DNA of 39,615 bases from a virus. The notes beneath the pieces are model-generated. The model saw nothing but the letters and a program-made list of their open reading frames with translations. It was not told the DNA's origin and searched no databases. The position numbers and the translations under genes are program-made. The stretch lies in IMG/VR virus record IMGVR_UViG_3300045988_104347, positions 1-39,615 of that record; one strand, 5' to 3'. Below, piece after piece: positions 35,023 through 39,615 of this stretch (position 1 is the stretch's first letter; the number at the start of each line of letters is the position of its first letter).

Positions 35023-35825
35023 AAGCGGCGGTCTATATAAGGGTGTCAACGCTGGACCAAGCACGAGAGGGGTACTCCCTCTCTGCCCAGCGAAAGACAC
35101 TAACAGAATGGTGCGCCACAAGAGGTTATGAGGTATACAATGTATATGCCGACGAGGGTATAAGTGCAAAAGATATTACACACCGCCCAGCGTGTCAAGC
35201 CATGCTTGAAGCGGCGTATAACAGTGAATTTGATATCATACTGATATGGGCGTTAAGCCGTTTCACAAGGTCCGTTGCAGATCTTTACGATACATGGGAT
35301 AAACTACAAAAACATAACGTCGGCGTTGTAAGTTGCACAGAGGGTTTCGACACATCTACACCGACAGGGCGTGCTATGATGGGCGTACTTGGTGTTTTCG
35401 CCCAAATGGAGAGAGAATTGACGGCTGAAAGAGTTTCGTTTGCTTTAGCTGAAAGAGCTTCACAGGGGAAGCGGACTTGCTCTGACGTTTTAGGCTATAA
35501 CCTAGACGGAAAGGATAGTCTTACTATCAATGAAACAGAGGCAGAAGTTGTTCGGTTAATTTTCAAAAAATTCATTGAGTATCAGTCCTATCTACCTGTA
35601 GCTGAGATAGTCAACGCAATGGGGCATCATGGGCGACGAGGAAGTTCATTTAACGCTGAGTCGATAAAGAAAATAGTAACACGCCCTGTTTACATCGGCT
35701 ATTATAGCTTTAAGGGGCATTTATATCAGGGCGACTATGAGCCGTTGATATCGGAAAAAGATTGGAGACACGCACAACGTATCGTACAGAAGATACGTTG
35801 CGGTCGGAGAAAGTATATCAGATAG
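35019..35825 (+). CDS. Serine recombinase, 268 aa: catalytic plus recombinase domains only (no zinc ribbon or coiled coil)
   Basis: AAVYIRVSTLDQ (nucleophile Ser), LSRFTRS, FAQMERELTAERV, then a recombinase-domain-like GYNLDG...EAEVVRLIF...IVTRPVYIGYY. Ends at RCGRRKYIR, directly before a strong terminator. Confidence 0.85.
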   Translation: MKAAVYIRVSTLDQAREGYSLSAQRKTLTEWCATRGYEVYNVYADEGISAKDITHRPACQAMLEAAYNSEFDIILIWALSRFTRSVADLYDTWDKLQKHNVGVVSCTEGFDTSTPTGRAMMGVLGVFAQMERELTAERVSFALAERASQGKRTCSDVLGYNLDGKDSLTINETEAEVVRLIFKKFIEYQSYLPVAEIVNAMGHHGRRGSSFNAESIKKIVTRPVYIGYYSFKGHLYQGDYEPLISEKDWRHAQRIVQKIRCGRRKYIR

Positions 35826-35830
35826 TATTT

Positions 35831-35869
35831 CAGACGTCTCGGAGTGATCTGAGACGTCTGATTTTTTTT
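35831..35869 (+). terminator. Rho-independent terminator of the right-arm operon
   Basis: CAGACGTCTC-(10-nt loop)-GAGACGTCTG followed by A-TTTTTTTT. Confidence 0.85.
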
Positions 35870-35927
35870 CTATCGTTGAAAAAAGTATAAAAATTTGAAA
35901 AGTATCGTGGGAAAAATATGTTGCGGT

Positions 35928-35939
35928 CTCCCGCAACCA
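35928..35939. repeat. attR common core CTCCCGCAACCA
   Basis: Identical to 343-354. The left flank (35906-35925) is the symmetric partner of 347-366. Confidence 0.85.
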
Positions 35940-35969
35940 TATTGGTGATACCAAATGGATACTCACCTT

Positions 35970-35996
35970 AAAAAGCCCGTGTTTACGGGCTTTTTT
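35970..35996. terminator. Bidirectional-looking terminator, probably the displaced native tRNA-fMet terminator
   Basis: AAAAA-GCCCGT-GTTT-ACGGGC-TTTTTT, 30 nt downstream of the attR core. Confidence 0.75.
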
Positions 35997-36369
35997 GATA
36001 TTTAGAAAACAAAAAATTTTAATGTAAAACCGTGGATGCTTTTCACCAGTTTTCACGAAAAAAAGGGAGTCGAACCCTACACAACAAAAAATATCGAACA
36101 TAACGGCAGACTTTGAGTATATTTTGCTCTAAGCCTGCCGATTTTTTATGAAAAAACATTCACAAAGTTTAGAAGGCTGTTTTGTCAAATATCACGAAAT
36201 GTGATAAACGACAAAGCGGTCTTTTTTTATTTCAAAGGAGGCTTGATAACAAATATACTATAAAAAGGGAATCTAAAACGACTGGAGGTGATCAAGTAAA
36301 AAATAAACAGCAGTCAGACCGATGATATGACCAAAGACCCGATATGGGAATGACGATGTGAGGCAGAAT

Positions 36370-36645
36370 ATGATTTACAACGAAAAGAAGGTAGAAATGC
36401 TCAGGCAGAGATATCCCGAAGGAACTCGGATATGCCTTGACAGTATGGATAACGATCCCCGTCCGATTCCACCAGGTACTAAAGGCATAGTTCAATTTGT
36501 GGACGATGCAGTAACTCTGCATTGTAAATTTGACAACGGAAGAACGCTTGGGGTTATCCCCGATGTGGATAAGTTCCATAAAATCGCTCAGGAACAGGCT
36601 CTGAATGATACGCAAAGGCAGAATCCGCCGTCTGATGCCTGTTGA
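36370..36645 (+). CDS. DUF4314-like protein with an aberrant C-terminal tail
   Basis: EKKVEMLRQRYPEGTRICLDSMDNDPRPIPPGTKGIVQFVDDAVTLHCKFDNGRTLGVIP matches the DUF4314 pattern. The last ~15 codons overlap the methylase remnant in another frame. Confidence 0.6.
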   Translation: MIYNEKKVEMLRQRYPEGTRICLDSMDNDPRPIPPGTKGIVQFVDDAVTLHCKFDNGRTLGVIPDVDKFHKIAQEQALNDTQRQNPPSDAC

Positions 36646-36826
36646 GTGCTGGCGGCTTCAAGGTTTTACAACCGAACAGTTTGAAAAAGTCGCAACTGCA
36701 GGAATGTCCGACGCACAGATCTACAAGCAGGCAGGAAATTCAATTACGGTAAATGTGGTTGAAGCTATTGCAAGAAATTTACTGAAATTTGACGAGGAGG
36801 AAAACGCAAATGGAACAGGTAATTAA
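36605..36826 (+). pseudogene. 3' remnant of a C5 cytosine DNA methyltransferase (motifs IX-X only)
   Basis: RRLMPVECWRLQGF and YKQAGNSITVNV are the C-terminal Dcm-type motifs. About 300 N-terminal residues (motifs I-VIII) are absent upstream. Confidence 0.75.
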
Positions 36827-37583
36827 AATCTTTGAAAACGAGGAATTCGGCAAAGTGAGAACGGTCGTAAAAGACGGTGAACCGTGGTTTGTAGGCAAAG
36901 ATGTTGCGGAATGCCTTGGATATTCTAAGCCAAGAAATGCGATTAACGCTCATGTTGACAACGAAGATAAGGCACTCGCCCCGATTCAGGGCGGGTGTTC
37001 TACGGGTACTCAGAATACGATGATAATTAACGAAAGCGGACTTTACAGTCTGGTACTTTCAAGCAAGCTTCCGAGAGCCAAAGAATTCAGGCGTTGGGTC
37101 ACAGCCACGATTTTACCAACTTTGAGGAGAACAGGCGGCTACGTCAGCAACGAAGAAATGTTTATAGAAAACTACCTCCCGTTTCTCGACGAGCCGTACC
37201 GTGACCTGTTCCGAATTCAAATGACGATCATAGGAAAGCTGAACGAGCGTATCCGTCACGATCAGCCACTGGTGGAGTTTGCAAATCAGGTGTCAAATAC
37301 CGATAATCTTATCGACATGAACGCAATGGCAAAGCTTGCGAGAGCAGAAAATATCCCCGTCGGCAGAAACAAGCTTTACGGCTGGCTCAAAGGAAAAGGC
37401 GTTCTTATGGCGAATAATCTCCCCTATCAGGCGTTTATCGACCGAGGATATTTTTCCGTAAAGGAGTCGGTTTTTGAAACTCCGACCATGACAAAGACCT
37501 ATCAGCAGACGTTTGTGACAGGAAAAGGGCAAAGATTTGTGATCACTCTGCTGAGAAAATATTATGGCAAGGAGATGGGATAA
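36810..37583 (+). CDS. Antirepressor (Bro-N domain plus KilAC/ANT C-terminal domain)
   Basis: IFENEEFGKVRTVVKDGEPWFVGKDVAECLGY (Bro-N). The C-terminal half has the KilAC-type pattern (AKLARAENIPVGRNKLYGWL). ATG 36810 follows GGAGGA. Confidence 0.8.
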   Translation: MEQVIKIFENEEFGKVRTVVKDGEPWFVGKDVAECLGYSKPRNAINAHVDNEDKALAPIQGGCSTGTQNTMIINESGLYSLVLSSKLPRAKEFRRWVTATILPTLRRTGGYVSNEEMFIENYLPFLDEPYRDLFRIQMTIIGKLNERIRHDQPLVEFANQVSNTDNLIDMNAMAKLARAENIPVGRNKLYGWLKGKGVLMANNLPYQAFIDRGYFSVKESVFETPTMTKTYQQTFVTGKGQRFVITLLRKYYGKEMG

Positions 37584-37780
37584 TGCACACAAACAGAATT
37601 AAAGCTAAAGTTGACTTCAAGTTCTGCCTCGGCAGTATTCCAGCAATGCTGAGAGCCACAAAGCCCGTACTTTCGGAAAGGCAGTACAAGGAGCTGTGTA
37701 ACGAGGTCAATAAAGCCAACGGCTACCTTGAACAGAAACGCATCATATTCAGCTATGTTGACCCGATAATCAAGGGTTGA
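37583..37780 (+). CDS. Hypothetical protein, 65 aa
   Basis: ATG overlaps the upstream stop (TAATG). Confidence 0.5.
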   Translation: MHTNRIKAKVDFKFCLGSIPAMLRATKPVLSERQYKELCNEVNKANGYLEQKRIIFSYVDPIIKG

Positions 37781-37948
37781 AAATACAACAAATGAAAATC
37801 AGCGGGCAGGCAGTATAGTTCATATCAAATTTGAACGTAAATTGCGCCGTCCGCGCTAGGACAAGGTTGTTTTGCCAACAGCAGATAAAAATCTGGTGCT
37901 TGCAAAGCGACTTTTCTGCTGTTGGTTCTAACGGCAGAAAGGAAAAAC

Positions 37949-38791
37949 ATGAACAGTTTTATGTCATGGGTAGGCGGAAAGAAAGCGTTGCGTGACGCCG
38001 TGCTTGCTCGCTTTCCTCCATATTATGAACGGTATATCGAGGTTTTCGGGGGCGCAGGCTGGGTGCTTTTTCGCAAACCGCCCGGTATGGATTTTGAGGT
38101 GTACAACGATTTTAACGGAAACCTTGCAAACCTGTACCGCTGTGTAAGAGATAAACCGAATAAGCTGAAATACAAGCTTCGTTATGTCCTCGATTCTCGT
38201 GAAGATTTCGACTGGATTGCTAGTCTTCACAAGCGAGGTCTGTTCAGCAGATTTCGTGATGTTGACAGGGCGGCGAAGTTTTATCAGCTTATTAGATACA
38301 GCTACGCAAGCGGACTTGACAGCTTTGCAAGTCAGCCGCATTCAATATGGTCGGATTTCCCGATGATAGACTTGGCAGCAAGGAGATTGCAGAAGGTAGC
38401 AGTTGAGAATAAAGACTTTGAAAAACTGATACGGCAGTACGACCGCCCTGTCAGCTTTTTTTATTGCGATCCACCGTACTTTGCAACCGAAAACTACTAC
38501 AAAGACGTTGGTTTTAAAACCAAGGATCATATTAGGCTCAGGGATTCGCTAATGGATATCAAGGGCAAGTTTCTTGTTTCCTACAATGACTGTCCAGAAA
38601 TCCGTGAGATATGGGATAAGCCTAATATTCACATTGAGGAGATCAGCAGACTGAATAATCTGGCGCAGAGATACGACGGCGGCTGTCAGTATGCGGAGCT
38701 GCTCATATCCAATTACGATACAAGCGAGAGATTACAGGCGGTTCGCCAGCTTTCGCTGTTTGACGATGAAACAGACAATTTGGAGGTATAA
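37949..38791 (+). CDS. N6-adenine DNA methyltransferase, Dam/D12-class, orphan
   Basis: WVGGKK, FGGAGWV (AdoMet motif) and DPPY (FFYCDPPYFATENYY). No adjacent restriction endonuclease gene. ATG 37949 follows GAAAGGA. Confidence 0.85.
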   Translation: MNSFMSWVGGKKALRDAVLARFPPYYERYIEVFGGAGWVLFRKPPGMDFEVYNDFNGNLANLYRCVRDKPNKLKYKLRYVLDSREDFDWIASLHKRGLFSRFRDVDRAAKFYQLIRYSYASGLDSFASQPHSIWSDFPMIDLAARRLQKVAVENKDFEKLIRQYDRPVSFFYCDPPYFATENYYKDVGFKTKDHIRLRDSLMDIKGKFLVSYNDCPEIREIWDKPNIHIEEISRLNNLAQRYDGGCQYAELLISNYDTSERLQAVRQLSLFDDETDNLEV

Positions 38792-38795
38792 TTTT

Positions 38796-39065
38796 ATGAA
38801 AAAAATAATTTTTGCACAAGTAATGGCAGACAACGGAAAAAGCGTATTTTCGGGGCTTTTTGATGAAAACGGCGATCCCGTAAGCGTAGAAACGGAGTGC
38901 GATGATAGCGGAGTGACGCTTACGATATGGCGAAATGCTCCCGAAAGAGAACGCCGTGACTGCGGTATCTCAGAGGAAGAGATTGAGAGGACTTGCGCTA
39001 TGCATGATGACTGCAGTGATTGTCCGCTGTGGGATTATTGCAATGAAGATGAGGAGGTTTTGTAA
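38796..39065 (+). CDS. Hypothetical acidic Cys-containing protein, 89 aa
   Basis: ATG 38796 follows GGAGG. Confidence 0.55.
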   Translation: MKKIIFAQVMADNGKSVFSGLFDENGDPVSVETECDDSGVTLTIWRNAPERERRDCGISEEEIERTCAMHDDCSDCPLWDYCNEDEEVL

Positions 39066-39476
39066 ATGAAAATACTTGTTATTGAGCCTGAAAAAGCGCC
39101 GTATGAAAAGGAAATCGGCGATGATATTCACGATATGCAGGCAATAGTCGGAGGGTGTATCGAACCTATATATTTTGAGCCGAAAGAAACTGCGATTGCT
39201 TGGTGCAACGATGAATTCCTGCTTAATGGTTCACAGCCTAATCGTATTGTGGGAAATGTTCTTGTACATGGAACTTTCTTTGTTTCAGGAAATTATATGA
39301 ACGAATACGGCGAATGGGACAGCTGTTCACTTACCGATGATCAGATCAAGAAATATTCCGAAATGTTTGAAACTCCCATTATCGTATTGGAGCAAATGCA
39401 GGCTACGGAAATTGAGGTAGAAAATACTCCCGATGAGGAAATGGCGGATGAACCTGAGCCGGAAATAACGATGTAA
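39066..39476 (+). CDS. DUF3846-like protein
   Basis: MKILVIEPEKAPYEKEIGDDIHDMQAIVGGCIEPIY... matches the DUF3846 N-terminal pattern common on conjugative elements. Confidence 0.6.
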   Translation: MKILVIEPEKAPYEKEIGDDIHDMQAIVGGCIEPIYFEPKETAIAWCNDEFLLNGSQPNRIVGNVLVHGTFFVSGNYMNEYGEWDSCSLTDDQIKKYSEMFETPIIVLEQMQATEIEVENTPDEEMADEPEPEITM

Positions 39477-39523
39477 TAAAAAGTAAAGTGTTGTAATTTA
39501 AAATCAAAGGAGAAATGTACTTT

Positions 39524-39615
39524 ATGTTTAAAATTAAATCAAAGATTTTAAAGAAACTTAGCGCAGGGTTCATGGCAGGACTCTGCGCTTTTTCTATGCT
39601 CGGTTCATCTGTGAG
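39524..39615 (+). CDS. 5' end of a secreted/membrane protein gene (partial)
   Basis: RBS AAAGGAGA. MFKIKSKILKKLSAGFMAGLCAFSMLGSSV is signal-peptide-like. Runs off the window. Confidence 0.5.
   Translation, partial: MFKIKSKILKKLSAGFMAGLCAFSMLGSSV

Larger units (their letters stand above)
36370..39615. mobile_element. Partial second mobile-element-like gene set (conjugative-element / phage accessory type), extends beyond the window
   Basis: Co-oriented DUF4314-like, methylase remnant, Bro-N/KilAC antirepressor, orphan Dam-type methylase and DUF3846-like genes. No boundary is visible in the window. Confidence 0.4.

Noticed and set aside
36065-36077. GGGAGTCGAACCC, the reverse complement of a tRNA T-arm (GGGTTCGACTCCC)
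   Set aside because: No acceptor stem, anticodon arm or D arm can be built around it. At most it is a decayed att/tRNA remnant, and this cannot be supported.
35721-36101. 126-aa minus-strand ORF
   Set aside because: It spans two terminators and the attR junction, so it would be a chimera of phage and host DNA. No RBS.

Overview
The window is an initiator tRNA (tRNA-fMet) locus. It carries an apparently intact temperate siphovirus-type prophage of about 35.6 kb (343-35939), followed by the edge of a second mobile-element-like gene set.

Prophage ends: a 12-bp direct repeat, CTCCCGCAACCA, marks both ends (343-354 and 35928-35939). It is the 3' end of the tRNA. Joining the two phage-side flanks rebuilds a quasi-palindromic attP (20-nt arms, 16/20 symmetric, 6-nt spacer). 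That layout fits the adjacent 479-aa large serine integrase.

Prophage layout, left to right:
- Minus-strand lysogeny operon: XRE repressor, ImmA/IrrE metallopeptidase, Thr-rich lipoprotein, serine integrase.
- Divergent switch with consensus promoters and AAATGGAT operator half-sites, then a Cro-like gene.
- A long early region of small, mostly unassignable ORFs. Recognisable members are a DUF2513-like antisense moron, an ASCH/DUF3850-like domain, a PcfK-like/PcfJ-like pair, a DUF6273-like protein, a DUF3102-like coiled-coil protein and several Cys-rich zinc-ribbon proteins.
- An internal XerC/D-like tyrosine recombinase, a VRR-NUC nuclease, and an HUH rolling-circle Rep with an origin-like repeat/hairpin region.
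- A late-regulator-like ORF, an HNH endonuclease and a candidate cos region.
- An HK97-type morphogenesis block: TerS, TerL, portal, ClpP-like protease, capsid, connectors, major tail, a -1 frameshifted chaperone pair, tape measure, Dit, Tal and fibre.
- XkdX-like ORFs, holin and a CHAP endolysin.

Best candidate for an undescribed system (33811-35869): it lies between the endolysin terminator and attR. A divergent RHH (Arc/Mnt-like) gene and three 13-bp operators gate a perfect consensus promoter. That promoter drives two paralogous mini membrane peptides, a 184-aa unknown protein and a translationally coupled 268-aa serine recombinase that lacks the zinc-ribbon/coiled-coil domain.

Right of attR: the displaced native tRNA terminator, about 370 bp of further non-coding DNA, then conjugative-element/phage-accessory-type genes (DUF4314-like, a C5-methyltransferase remnant, a Bro-N/KilAC antirepressor, an orphan Dam-type methylase, DUF3846-like).

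Limits: all family names come from motif recognition by eye and gene order. No database search, HMM or folding was run. Start codons were refined only where an RBS was visible.
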